Below, one piece after another: positions 16,768-25,693 of a DNA stretch of 64,000 bases (positions are counted from its first letter, which is position 1; every line of letters starts with the position of its first letter). Source of the stretch: Thermoplasmata archaeon (GTDB lineage Archaea; Thermoplasmatota; Thermoplasmata; Lutacidiplasmatales; UBA184). Position numbers and translations under genes: made by a program. The notes under the pieces are model-generated. The model did not search any database. It was not told the DNA's origin and was given only the letters and a program-made list of their open reading frames with translations. The stretch lies in contig JASHOK010000030.1 in assembly GCA_030041175.1 (NCBI GenBank), forward strand, positions 12,401-76,400, given 5' to 3'.

Positions 16768-17322
16768 TCAAACGGCGGAGACGCTCATCGCACGCAGGAG
16801 CTCCGCGTACTCGGCATCATCGATCCAGTCGACGCGCAGGTAGTCCCGGAGGAATTCATCCGGGACGCCGAAGGCCCGTGCTTCTTCGATGACGAACCGG
16901 TAGGCCTCGAGCTCCGTGGGACGACGTACATAGCTAGTGTTCGTGAAGAGCTGGGCGCCCGCATGGCGCTGAAGCAGGTGGCGAAGCTCGTGAAAAATGT
17001 CCATGAAGAGCGTCAACGCCGGGCTCTCCCGGAGATGGTCGAGTCCGACGACGATGCAATCCGTGCCGGGAGAGAGCACCGGGTTCCAACGACCGCGCGC
17101 GGTCGACGGAATCTCCCACGGGGATACATACATCCAGACGTCGTTCTCGACCAACGCAATCTCCGTCTCCCGAAAGAGCCGGCCCCGCTGGTCCGGATCT
17201 GGCTCAAGCCGAGCGGCCGTCGGCAGCTCACCGAGCCCGGGAAAGACCCTCAAAATGGGATGGCGCCCGGGCGGGAGCGCGCGGTCGATGCGAAACTCTT
17301 TGGGCGCTTCGGGGACAATCAT
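16768..17322 (-). CDS. Small HExxH protein, putative minimal gluzincin-like metallopeptidase (184 aa)
   Basis: ATG (CAT at 17320-17322) gives MIVPEAPKEF...LTLFMDIFHELRHLLQRH...RRPTELEAYRF. The HELRH motif is followed by a Glu 22-24 residues after the second His. No family was recognised beyond the motif. Confidence 0.5.
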   Translation of the reverse strand: MIVPEAPKEFRIDRALPPGRHPILRVFPGLGELPTAARLEPDPDQRGRLFRETEIALVENDVWMYVSPWEIPSTARGRWNPVLSPGTDCIVVGLDHLRESPALTLFMDIFHELRHLLQRHAGAQLFTNTSYVRRPTELEAYRFVIEEARAFGVPDEFLRDYLRVDWIDDAEYAELLRAMSVSAV

Positions 17323-17430
17323 GCGTCGCTCGGTCGGGAACGACCGCCCCCGAAGAGCGGCGAGGCATAACCTTCGCGTCCGGAGCCGGGCGACAATCGT
17401 AATGCGGGCCCGGCGAACTGGGCCGGCCCG

Positions 17431-18396
17431 GTGACAGCGCGCGGAGGATCCCGGCTCCGGACGGTCGGAGTGCCGGGGGTTCGCGTCGGCCACTCGTCGT
17501 TGCCGGACGGAAGCACGGGCGTTACCGTCCTGCTCTTCGACCCGCCCGCGGCGACCGTGGTCGATGTTCGCGGAGGCGCCTCGTGCACGTACGACACTGC
17601 ATCGCTATCGATAGACGCGACGTTCGGACGGAGGTGGGCCCTCTTCTTTGCCGGCGGGAGCGTGCACGGATTGGACGCGGCGCGGGGGATCCGCACGTCA
17701 CTGCTGTCCGCGGGCGAGGGCTATCGGCCGTTCCGGAACCCCAACCGAGTGATACCGATCAGCGGGGCGACGCTGTTCGATCTCCCGGCGGAGGAAGGGC
17801 CGGTGGCAGACTACCTGCCTCTCGGCTTCGATGCTGCGGAGAGAGCGCGTTCGGGCCGGATTGCGGTGGGGCGTGTGGGGGCGGGATCCGGGGCGACGGT
17901 CGGCAAGTACCTGGGCCGTTCCCGGGCGATGCCGGGTGGCCTGGGCTATGCGGTGGGCCAGGTGCCCGGGCTCGGCGTCGTCGCGGCCCTCACCGTTCTC
18001 AATTCCGTCGGTGCCGTCCGGGATACTGCTACCGGTCGCTGGCTGGCGGGAGCTCGGGACTCGCGCGGCCGAGTCATCCCGCCGTCGGGCGGAGCGCCGG
18101 TGCGTCCGGGACGGAGTGAGATCGCGAGGGGAACGAACCTGGTGGCGGTCGTGACGGATGTGGACCTGGACCGTCGCGGGTTGCAGCGGATCGCCCAGCA
18201 GGCCCACGATGGGCTGGCGCGGGCGGTGATCCCGGCGCACACGGCGACCGATGGCGACGTTGTCTTCGCGGCAACTACCGGTCGCTCGCGTCCTCGGGGC
18301 ACAGAGCCGTATCCCGGTGCGATAGCGGATCGTGTCGGGTCGAGGACCGGGGAGCTCGTGACCCGGGCGGCGTCGACCGCGGTCGGAGCCGGCTAG
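17431..18396 (+). CDS. Peptidase S58 (DmpA/P1 aminopeptidase family), paralogue 1
   Basis: VPGVRVGHSS...GVTVLLF...DVRGGAS...GTNLVAVVTDVDLDRRGLQRIAQQAHDGLARAVIPAHTATDGDVVFAATTG is the typical DmpA-fold signature block. GTG start. Confidence 0.8.
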   Translation: MTARGGSRLRTVGVPGVRVGHSSLPDGSTGVTVLLFDPPAATVVDVRGGASCTYDTASLSIDATFGRRWALFFAGGSVHGLDAARGIRTSLLSAGEGYRPFRNPNRVIPISGATLFDLPAEEGPVADYLPLGFDAAERARSGRIAVGRVGAGSGATVGKYLGRSRAMPGGLGYAVGQVPGLGVVAALTVLNSVGAVRDTATGRWLAGARDSRGRVIPPSGGAPVRPGRSEIARGTNLVAVVTDVDLDRRGLQRIAQQAHDGLARAVIPAHTATDGDVVFAATTGRSRPRGTEPYPGAIADRVGSRTGELVTRAASTAVGAG

Positions 18397-18989
18397 GCTT
18401 CCGGGGTGCCGGTCGAGTGCTCGGAACGCCGGAGGGTTGTTCCCCGGAGGCCGCGGATCAGGTCAATGCGAGTGACGATGCCTTGCAGGTTGCCCTTGCC
18501 GAGGACGAGGACGGCCGGGTACCGCGTCAAGATCGTCGCGAGCAGGTCGGCGGGGAAATCCGGACCGACCTGGGGGTACGCTTCCTCCTGGACGTCCCGG
18601 ACCCGGAGCCGTCGACCAGTCGGTTGGGCCAACGCTCGAAGAAGGGTCGACTCCGACACCGATCCGGTGACCCGACCGGCTTCGACGACGGGCAGCTGAG
18701 AGAATCCGCCTTTCTCCATGACTCGGGCGGCCTCTCCGACCAGGGAGATTCCATCCACCGTGGTCACGTCCCGCTTCATGACATCGCCGCTTCGGAGCGG
18801 CGGCGTTGCCCGCGCCTCGAGTCCGTCTAGGTATGAGAGGATCTTCTGGACCAGTTCGTACGAGGGCCGAATCTGGCCCCGCTCGATCCGGGACAGCGTG
18901 GCATCGCTCCGGCCGACGGCGTGGGCGAGCTCCCCCAGGGATAGCCCGAGGGAAGTCCGTCGTTTCCGAATCTCTGCGAGCGAGTCCAT
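18393..18989 (-). CDS. XRE-type HTH plus tandem CBS domain transcriptional regulator
   Basis: N-terminus IRKRRTSLGLSLGELAHAVGRSDATLSRIERGQIRPS (HTH_3), then two CBS-like units (VMKRDVTTVDGISLVGEAARVMEKGGFSQLPVV...; ...LQGIVTRIDLIRGL). Confidence 0.85.
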   Translation of the reverse strand: MDSLAEIRKRRTSLGLSLGELAHAVGRSDATLSRIERGQIRPSYELVQKILSYLDGLEARATPPLRSGDVMKRDVTTVDGISLVGEAARVMEKGGFSQLPVVEAGRVTGSVSESTLLRALAQPTGRRLRVRDVQEEAYPQVGPDFPADLLATILTRYPAVLVLGKGNLQGIVTRIDLIRGLRGTTLRRSEHSTGTPEA

Positions 18990-19137
18990 GCAGAGGCCAC
19001 CCTGCCCGGCTACTCCTACTTTGTCCCTGGCCGGCGCGGCGTTCTCGGTCGACTCGGGCCGAAACCTAGATGTCGGCCTGCGGCGTACTACTCCCGCAGA
19101 GTCTGTGACGGCTCCTCCTCGACGTATCTCCTGGATC

Positions 19138-19365
19138 GTGGCTCCGCCAGAAACGTGCTGTCTCTGTAAGGAGCCGCTGGCCCGAGGTTCGGAAGTCAGT
19201 TCGTGGAACGGCGTGCCGGCGCACCGGGAGTGTGTCCGGATCCACCTGGTCCAGCGGGATCCCGCATTCCGGGACTGGAGTCACGAAGGAGAGTCGTCCG
19301 AGGAGGCACCCGAAGCCCCGGACGAGGCGACGCCTCGGGAAGATGACGACGAAGAGTTCGGATAA
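19138..19365 (+). CDS. Possible small CxxC...HxxC protein with an acidic tail (75 aa)
   Basis: This is the 3' part of track ORF 18718..19365 that no longer overlaps the regulator gene: (V)APPETCCLCKEPLARGSEVSSWNGVPAHRECVRIHLVQRDPAFRDWSHEGESSEEAPEAPDEATPREDDDEEFG. GTG at 19138 (alternative GTG at 19105). There is no ATG, so this is tentative. Confidence 0.35.
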   Translation: MAPPETCCLCKEPLARGSEVSSWNGVPAHRECVRIHLVQRDPAFRDWSHEGESSEEAPEAPDEATPREDDDEEFG

Positions 19366-19504
19366 GCCTCGCGCCGGGGCCTCCTGGTGAAGTCCGCTTC
19401 ATAACGTGGGGTTCGCGTCGCGCGCGGCACAACCATTAAAAACCGTCCTCGGTATCGAAGTCGACCGAGCCCTCCCGGTAGGGACCGGACCAAGTGGGGA
19501 GCCG

Positions 19505-21097
19505 ATGCCAGAAGTCGTGATCACGTGCGACTGGACCATGATGAGCAATCATCACGGGAAGGAGTTCCTCGGCTTCGGGACCACGACTCCGCCCTACCTG
19601 CTGCCGGAACGGGTCTACAAGAGCCTGTTCTACCCCACGATGCCCGTCGACGAGCACGGGTATCCCCAGCAGGCGCCCTACGGGATGCGGAAGATCGAGG
19701 CGTCGCTGATGGACGCCGGCTTCGACGCCCGGATCGTCCACCCGAGCTACCTGGATCGCTACATGCCCGGCGAGGCGAAACTGCTCCTGATCTCGGGCCA
19801 CGATTACTTCGGCCTCAATCCCCCGTCGTCGACGTTTGGCGGTGTCATGCGCAAGGAGACGCTGAATTGCACGAACTTCAAGCGCATGATGACCCAGCCC
19901 GCCGTGGTCGAGGCGCGAAAGCAGGGGATGAAGATCATCGCCGGCGGTCCGTGCGCCTGGCAGATCGCGCCTCCGACACAGATGCGGCTGCCTTGGATCG
20001 GAGAGTTCGTCTCCTCGTTCGGGGGCGTCGATTGCGTCGTCGAGGGCGAGGGAGACCTCTATGTCCGGGAGATCGTCCAGAAGGCTCTCAAGGATGAATT
20101 CCTGCCTCCGCACGTTATCCTTCCCCCGAAGAGCGCACCCAAGGTGGAGGAGATCTCCACGATCCGGTACCCGAGTGTCAATGGGCTGATTGAGATCGGT
20201 CGCGGCTGCTGCCGGGGCTGCTCGTTCTGCTCGGTGACCCAGCGGCCGACCCGATGGTACCCCCTCGAGAAGGTCGAGGAGGAGCTCAAGGTCAACGCTG
20301 CCATCGGCATCAAAAAGGGAATTCTGCACTCGGATGATGTGTTCTTCTACGGCAGCCCGAACGTCATGCCGCACGAAGAGAAACTGCTCCCGCTCCTACA
20401 GCTCGCGAAGCGCTACTACAAACAGGTCGGTTGGAGCCACGTGGCCGTCGCCTCGTTGATGACCAAACCGAACCTGATCCCGAAGTGTGCCGAGGTCCTC
20501 CTTGACGAGAACCAGAGCTGGTGGGGCGTCGAGATCGGTGTGGAGACCGGCAGCCCCCGCATGATCACGAAGGCGATGCCGGGCAAGGTGGCGCCGTTCA
20601 AGGCCAGCCAGTGGCCCGAGCTCGTCGTCCAGGCCGCGGGTCTGCTGAACGACAATCACGTCTATCCAGCCTGTACGTTCATCGTCGGTCTTCCCCAGGA
20701 GACCGAGGACGACGTTCTGAAGACGATCGAGCTCATCGACGACCTCTGGGACTTCCGGGCCATCCTGGTCCCGATGTTCTTCGTGCCGCTCGGGCACCTC
20801 AAGACGAAGGACTGGTTCAGCCGCAGCATGCTGTCGGATGTCCAGGTGGAGCTCCTCAAGCGGGCCCTGACCCACGGGCTCCGCCAGTCTCCGCAGATGT
20901 TGAACGACTTCTTCGACATGGAAGGGAAGAACACCCGGCTGTACCGGACGGCCTTCCGGGGATTCATCGCATTCCTCAACTGGGTGGCGAAGGCCCACGG
21001 GCTCTGGAGCGAGCCCAAGGGCGCGGCGCCGGACCTCGAGAGTCCGCTCGCCCATCCCGAACGGATGCCGATGCCCACGATCCCCGTCCGCGAATAG
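19505..21097 (+). CDS. Radical SAM protein with an N-terminal Rossmann/B12-binding-like domain
   Basis: IEIGRGCCRGCSFCSV contains CxxxCxxC. The N-terminal ~200 aa resemble the cobalamin-binding-like domain of class B enzymes (LLLISGHDYFG...KIIAGGP). ATG 19505 is preceded by GGGGAG. Confidence 0.8.
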   Translation: MPEVVITCDWTMMSNHHGKEFLGFGTTTPPYLLPERVYKSLFYPTMPVDEHGYPQQAPYGMRKIEASLMDAGFDARIVHPSYLDRYMPGEAKLLLISGHDYFGLNPPSSTFGGVMRKETLNCTNFKRMMTQPAVVEARKQGMKIIAGGPCAWQIAPPTQMRLPWIGEFVSSFGGVDCVVEGEGDLYVREIVQKALKDEFLPPHVILPPKSAPKVEEISTIRYPSVNGLIEIGRGCCRGCSFCSVTQRPTRWYPLEKVEEELKVNAAIGIKKGILHSDDVFFYGSPNVMPHEEKLLPLLQLAKRYYKQVGWSHVAVASLMTKPNLIPKCAEVLLDENQSWWGVEIGVETGSPRMITKAMPGKVAPFKASQWPELVVQAAGLLNDNHVYPACTFIVGLPQETEDDVLKTIELIDDLWDFRAILVPMFFVPLGHLKTKDWFSRSMLSDVQVELLKRALTHGLRQSPQMLNDFFDMEGKNTRLYRTAFRGFIAFLNWVAKAHGLWSEPKGAAPDLESPLAHPERMPMPTIPVRE

Positions 21098-21106
21098 GCC
21101 GCGGCC

Positions 21107-21628
21107 CTACTCGTCGTCGCTCGGGGAGAGCGTATCGGTCGGCGAACCGGCCGGTCGCGTCGGCGGCTGGTACGTGGGTAGCGCCGGCGGGTGGGCGGCA
21201 AGGGCCGGCCCTCGTACCGCCAGGTGGGTTTCCTCCCCGTTGCCGTCGTAGGCGCGCCACGCCCCCACACTGTACGGGTAGCCGACGATCACGTGGCGGC
21301 TGCCCCAGTGTCGGAACAGCCTCAGATCGGCGTCGGAGGGGTGGAGCGCACCCGACGGATGCGAGTGCACCGTGCCGACGACCGATAGGTCGGCGGGGAG
21401 CATGTAGAGCAGGAAGTTCGCGTGCCGCCGTCCGGCCGTCGTTCCCGGTAGCAGGAGCAGCTCCGTGATCACGCCAGCCTCTTCGGAGCGGAGGAGGCCG
21501 CCGAACTCGTTCGGGTAGCTCGACCGGCCGCACGCCAGCGCCGAGTCCAGGCAGTCCCGGCGGATCGCGGTCAGCCGGGCGCTGAAGCGAGACGCGTCCG
21601 ACTTCCGCCTACGTGTGGGCCGGAACAT
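21107..21628 (-). CDS. JAMM/MPN+ metalloprotease (archaeal JAMM-type isopeptidase candidate)
   Basis: YPNEFGGLL (catalytic Glu region) and VGTVHSHPSGALHPSDADL, which is an exact H-x-H-x7-S-x2-D JAMM motif. It has a single possible ATG and overlaps the NAD kinase stop by 20 nt. Confidence 0.85.
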   Translation of the reverse strand: MFRPTRRRKSDASRFSARLTAIRRDCLDSALACGRSSYPNEFGGLLRSEEAGVITELLLLPGTTAGRRHANFLLYMLPADLSVVGTVHSHPSGALHPSDADLRLFRHWGSRHVIVGYPYSVGAWRAYDGNGEETHLAVRGPALAAHPPALPTYQPPTRPAGSPTDTLSPSDDE

Positions 21629-22496
21629 CGGTATCCTCGTCGAGCTCCGCCGTGGCGGTTACCGCACCCCAGGGGAGAATCCCGGTGCCGTACAGCCGGG
21701 GGAAGTACCGCGAAGCGAAACGGACGAAGACGGCCTTCCGCGGAGAGCGGTAGCAGAGGACCTCGGAGCCGCCCGGCAGCCTCGTCTCGCTCTGACCGTC
21801 CACGACGATGACCGCGTCCTTGTCGGGCGCCACGAGCCGAATGGACACGGAGTGGCTCGGCTCGACCAGCACCGCTCGCGGCGCCGTCTGGAAGGGAGCG
21901 AGGGCGGTGATCACCATGGCATCCAGCGTCGGCTCGATCACCGGTCCGAAGGCCGACATCGCGTACGAGGTCGAGCCCGTGGGCGTCGCCACGATGACCC
22001 CGTCCGCTCGGAGGCGGCCGACCGCCCGTCGATCGATTCCGATCTCGAAGAGCCGCATCTTCGCGACCTGGGAGGTATGGATCACCACCTCGTTCGTTGC
22101 GTCCGCGAGGCGAGTGGAGTCGACCTGCGTAGCGATCCGCATTCGTTCCTCCAGGAAGTACGCCCCGCGGAGGAGGCGGTCGATGGCGGCGGCGAACGCC
22201 TCCTGGTCGTCGCCGTCCACCTCGGCCAGGAAGCCAACCGTTCCCGCATTGATCGGAAGCAGCGGCGCAGACGTTCGTTGCAGGGCGTACAGGAACGTCC
22301 CGTCCCCCCCCAGGGCCACGAGGACATCGACGCCGAGAGCGCTCAGCGGCGCTGGGGTGGGAGTGAGGCCCGGAGAACATTCCTCGGTCTCCTTCGAGGC
22401 GATCACCTCCGCGCGGCTTCCCACGAGGGCGACGAGCCGTCGCGCGAGGTCGAGTGCCTTAGGCTTGTTCGGGTTCGCGTGGAGGCCGATTCTCAC
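21609..22496 (-). CDS. nadK: NAD kinase
   Basis: VLVALGGDGTFLYALQ (GGDGT), INAGTVGFLAEVD (NxGxxGFL), and the C-terminal beta domain. The GTG start at 22494-22496 overlaps the IMPase TGA in a GTGA arrangement. Confidence 0.9.
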   Translation of the reverse strand: MRIGLHANPNKPKALDLARRLVALVGSRAEVIASKETEECSPGLTPTPAPLSALGVDVLVALGGDGTFLYALQRTSAPLLPINAGTVGFLAEVDGDDQEAFAAAIDRLLRGAYFLEERMRIATQVDSTRLADATNEVVIHTSQVAKMRLFEIGIDRRAVGRLRADGVIVATPTGSTSYAMSAFGPVIEPTLDAMVITALAPFQTAPRAVLVEPSHSVSIRLVAPDKDAVIVVDGQSETRLPGGSEVLCYRSPRKAVFVRFASRYFPRLYGTGILPWGAVTATAELDEDTDVPAHT

Positions 22497-23305
22497 AGGT
22501 ATCCCTCGGTCACGGCGTGCTGCGCGAACGTCGGATCGCCCCATGCGAACACGCTCGTGCGCCGGTCGAGCGAGAGTGGAAACTCCTCGAGCGGGCTTTG
22601 AGCGCTGTCCGTGATTCCGCCCCCGGCCTCTCGCACGATCAGATAGGCCGCAGCGATATCGGTGACCCGGAGGTTCCGTCCCTCGTCGTCGTTCTCAAAG
22701 AAGTAGGCGTCGGCACTCCCCTGGGCGACCATCGCGAGCTCGAGCGAGGCGCAACCGAGCGACCGTACCCGCCGGCCGCGTTCGGCGAGCCGCGCTGCCT
22801 TGGCGGTCGAGTGGCGCCCCAGGTTGACGCAGAAGAGTTCCGTTCGCGCTTCCCAGGCGCGTGTGCGTATCGGGTGTCCATCGCGGAAGGCCCCCTGGCC
22901 CTTGACGGCCCAGTGGGTGACCCCGTTGTCGAGATTATGCACGACCCCCGCCGTGACGTCGGACAGGGACCGGGTACCCAATGCCAGCGATACCGTCGAC
23001 ATCGGGAATCCGCGGAGGGCGTTATGACTCCCGTCCACGGGGTCGACGACCAGTAGTCGCGAACCGCCCCGCTGGACGAAGCCGGCCTCTTCGCTGAGGA
23101 CGTTCCAGTCACGCCCTTCCTCCTCCAGCGACGCAAAGATCTGGGCCTCTGCGATGCGGTCGAGCTCCTCGGTCGGGCTCCCGGCTGCACCCATGGCCAC
23201 GATATCGCCGCGCTTCGGTGAGGAGCCCGATTGTCGTACGGCGTGCCGTACGGCGTAGCCGATGCGGATGAGGGTCTCGAGCTCGCCCTCGTCGGTCCCG
23301 CTCAC
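22493..23305 (-). CDS. Inositol monophosphatase/FBPase family phosphatase (candidate NADP phosphatase)
   Basis: EEAGFV...LLVVDPVDGSHNALRG (DPxDG), TDIAAAYLIVREAGG (WDxAAG-like). The track ORF extends to 23398 (GTG), but that would swallow the TATA of the divergent gene. GTG 23305 gives a typical 270-aa size, and GTG 23374 is also possible. Confidence 0.8.
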   Translation of the reverse strand: MSGTDEGELETLIRIGYAVRHAVRQSGSSPKRGDIVAMGAAGSPTEELDRIAEAQIFASLEEEGRDWNVLSEEAGFVQRGGSRLLVVDPVDGSHNALRGFPMSTVSLALGTRSLSDVTAGVVHNLDNGVTHWAVKGQGAFRDGHPIRTRAWEARTELFCVNLGRHSTAKAARLAERGRRVRSLGCASLELAMVAQGSADAYFFENDDEGRNLRVTDIAAAYLIVREAGGGITDSAQSPLEEFPLSLDRRTSVFAWGDPTFAQHAVTEGYL

Positions 23306-23387
23306 GTCATCGGAGGACCCGGACCAGTCTATTAGGCCTCCCGAGCCCGCCGTTGAACGCTGTCCTCGTTCCACCCGCCGGGCAGGG

Positions 23388-23395
23388 GTTAAATC
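23388..23395 (+). promoter_or_regulatory. Candidate TATA box (GTTAAATC) for the beta-CASP nuclease gene; implies a leaderless mRNA
   Basis: AT-rich hexamer TTAAAT, 24-29 nt upstream of ATG 23418. Confidence 0.4.
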
Positions 23396-23417
23396 CACCG
23401 CCTAGGTCGCGGGCCGA

Positions 23418-24650
23418 ATGGAACTCCAGTTTCTGGGCGGGGCGTCGCAGGTCGGCTCTCTGGGTCTCGTCGTGCGGGACCAGGGCCGCACCCTCCTGTT
23501 CGACTATGGGCTAACCCCGAGCGACCCGCCAGAGTATCCCCGTCCCGTTCCGACGCATCTCGACGCCGCCTTTCTGTCGCACGCCCATCTCGATCATTCG
23601 GGCATGACGCCAGTCCTCTCGCGCCTCCCCCATACGCGAGTTGTCGCCACGCCGGTGACGGTCGCGGTGACGGACCTCATGGCCCGGGATACGCTCAAGG
23701 TCGCCCGACTCGAGGGATACCTCGAGCCGTACACGCCGGACGACATCCGCAGTCTGGCCGGTCGGTTCCTGGCCACGGACCGCCGCGGAACCTACCGGCA
23801 TCAAGGCGTCGAGGTCGAGCTCTACCCGGCGGGGCACATTCCCGGGGCGACGATGTTTCTCTACCGAGGGGAGCGGGATCTACTGTTCACCGGGGACCTG
23901 CAGACCATCCCGACCCACCTCGTCGACGGAGGACGGCCCCCCGAGTGTGAGACACTCGTCATCGAGTCGACGTATGCCGGCCGTGAGCATCCGGACCGGC
24001 GGGCCACGGAAGATCGCTTTCGGGCCAAGATCGAGGAGACGGTCGAGCGCGGCGGGAAGGTCATCGTCCCCGCCTTCGCGGTAGGTCGGGCCCAGGAAGT
24101 CATCATGGCGCTGGCCCACACCGGGTTCGAGATCTGGATGGACGGACTCGCCCGCACGGTCAACGGAATTTACCGCTCTCACCCCGAGTATCTGCGGGAC
24201 GCCCGAAAGTTCCGTCATGCGCTAGACTCCGTCCATCTGGTCGAGCATGCATCCCAGCGCCGACATGCCCTGCGCGAGGCCGACGTGATCGTAACGACCG
24301 GCGGGATGCTGGACGGCGGGCCGGTGCTCTACTACGTGGGGGAACTGTACCAGGACGAGCGCTCGTCGATCCTGTTGACGGGCTATCAAGTCGAGGGCTC
24401 GAACGGCCGCCAGTTGGTCGAGCAGGGCACGCTCACGATCGACGAGGTAACCGTCCGGCCGGCCTGCGAGGTCGACTCCTACGACTTCTCGGCGCATGCC
24501 GGCCACACCGATCTCGTGAATTTCATCCGGAAGTCCAAAGCGAAGAAGGTCGTCCTCATGCATGGGGACCACCGGGAGCTACTCGCTACCGCGATCCAGA
24601 ATGAGGTCGAGGTTTTGCTCCCAGAAACCGGGCACCGATACACGGTCTAG
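23418..24650 (+). CDS. Metallo-beta-lactamase / beta-CASP ribonuclease (aCPSF2-like, no KH domains)
   Basis: AAFLSHAHLDHSGM (HxHxDH), IPGATMF, TGDL, ESTYAGREH and the late HGDH motif. Its 410-aa size fits the short archaeal beta-CASP group. Confidence 0.75.
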   Translation: MELQFLGGASQVGSLGLVVRDQGRTLLFDYGLTPSDPPEYPRPVPTHLDAAFLSHAHLDHSGMTPVLSRLPHTRVVATPVTVAVTDLMARDTLKVARLEGYLEPYTPDDIRSLAGRFLATDRRGTYRHQGVEVELYPAGHIPGATMFLYRGERDLLFTGDLQTIPTHLVDGGRPPECETLVIESTYAGREHPDRRATEDRFRAKIEETVERGGKVIVPAFAVGRAQEVIMALAHTGFEIWMDGLARTVNGIYRSHPEYLRDARKFRHALDSVHLVEHASQRRHALREADVIVTTGGMLDGGPVLYYVGELYQDERSSILLTGYQVEGSNGRQLVEQGTLTIDEVTVRPACEVDSYDFSAHAGHTDLVNFIRKSKAKKVVLMHGDHRELLATAIQNEVEVLLPETGHRYTV

Positions 24651-25693
24651 CCCTCAATGACCGGGGGAAGCCCGGGCGGCGCCTTCGGCAGCCGGGCGTG
24701 GATCTGGTGCCGTAACTCTTCCAGACCCGCACCCGTGACCGCCGAAACGGCCAGGCGTCCGGACGCCGTCGCCACGAGGTCCGACTTGGTTTCGACGGGC
24801 AGGATCGGCGTGCCGGGAAATTCCCGTTCCCACCGGCGGAGGAGCGCTTCTTGGTCCTCGAGCGAATACCCGCTGCTCCCCGAAGGATCTAGGACGAAGA
24901 CGATCAGGGCCGGCCGGGTTCCGAGCACCGCCATCGCCTCCTGCTCTGCGGGGTTCGACCGGGACCGTCGTCCGAGGACGCCCGGCGTGTCCACGACCTG
25001 GAGCCGGTCGAAGCCCAGATCCGTATGACCGACCACGATCGCTCGTGTGGTGAATGCGTACGGGGCGACCTCCGGCCGCGCGGAGGAGAGGCAAGCGACG
25101 AGCGACGACTTCCCGACATTGGGAAATCCCGCGACAACGACGGAAGGGACCTCGGGCGAAACCTCTGGCCGATCGCGCCGGAATCGGATGATCTCGTGGA
25201 GTCGGTCCAGGTCCGGATCGATCTCCCGGACGTAGCTTGAGAGCCGGCCGTACGTCCGTCGGACCAGTTCGCCGAATTCCTCCTCCGTGGAAAGACTCGC
25301 GAGGCGCCGCTCTTCCTCTGCGAGGAGCTTCCGAATGCGGGTCTCGGCCGTGTGGACGCGACGGAGGGCTCGCTCGAGCGTTCCGACGGGGAAGTGCGCA
25401 TCGAGCAGCCGCCGGTCGAGCTCCGTAAGCGGCGGGGTCGTCGCCGTGTGCCCGAGGGCACGGATCGAGCGGAGCACCACCGCGGAGCTCCGGATGATTC
25501 GGAGCTTGGCGTTCCGGCGGGAGCGGTCCAGCCGGCTCGTGCCGTGCGCGGATGCCCGGTGGCCGCGTCGGAAAGCTGCGTCCAGGATCGCGGCCGACGG
25601 CAGCGGCCGGCCGGAGGCGGAGACCGTTGGGTGCGGTGCGGAACGTCGTGGCGGTGGCCTCCGGCGTCTCGGATAGTGCGGCCGGCGCGGCAC
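24647..25693 (-). CDS. Nog1/DRG-like GTP-binding protein (archaeal NOG1 N-terminal domain GTPase)
   Basis: VVVAGFPNVGKSSLV (G1), FTTR (G2), VVDTPG (G3), ETKSD (G4), preceded by the helical NOG1-type N-domain. GTG start. Confidence 0.8.
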   Translation of the reverse strand: MPRRPHYPRRRRPPPRRSAPHPTVSASGRPLPSAAILDAAFRRGHRASAHGTSRLDRSRRNAKLRIIRSSAVVLRSIRALGHTATTPPLTELDRRLLDAHFPVGTLERALRRVHTAETRIRKLLAEEERRLASLSTEEEFGELVRRTYGRLSSYVREIDPDLDRLHEIIRFRRDRPEVSPEVPSVVVAGFPNVGKSSLVACLSSARPEVAPYAFTTRAIVVGHTDLGFDRLQVVDTPGVLGRRSRSNPAEQEAMAVLGTRPALIVFVLDPSGSSGYSLEDQEALLRRWEREFPGTPILPVETKSDLVATASGRLAVSAVTGAGLEELRHQIHARLPKAPPGLPPVIEG

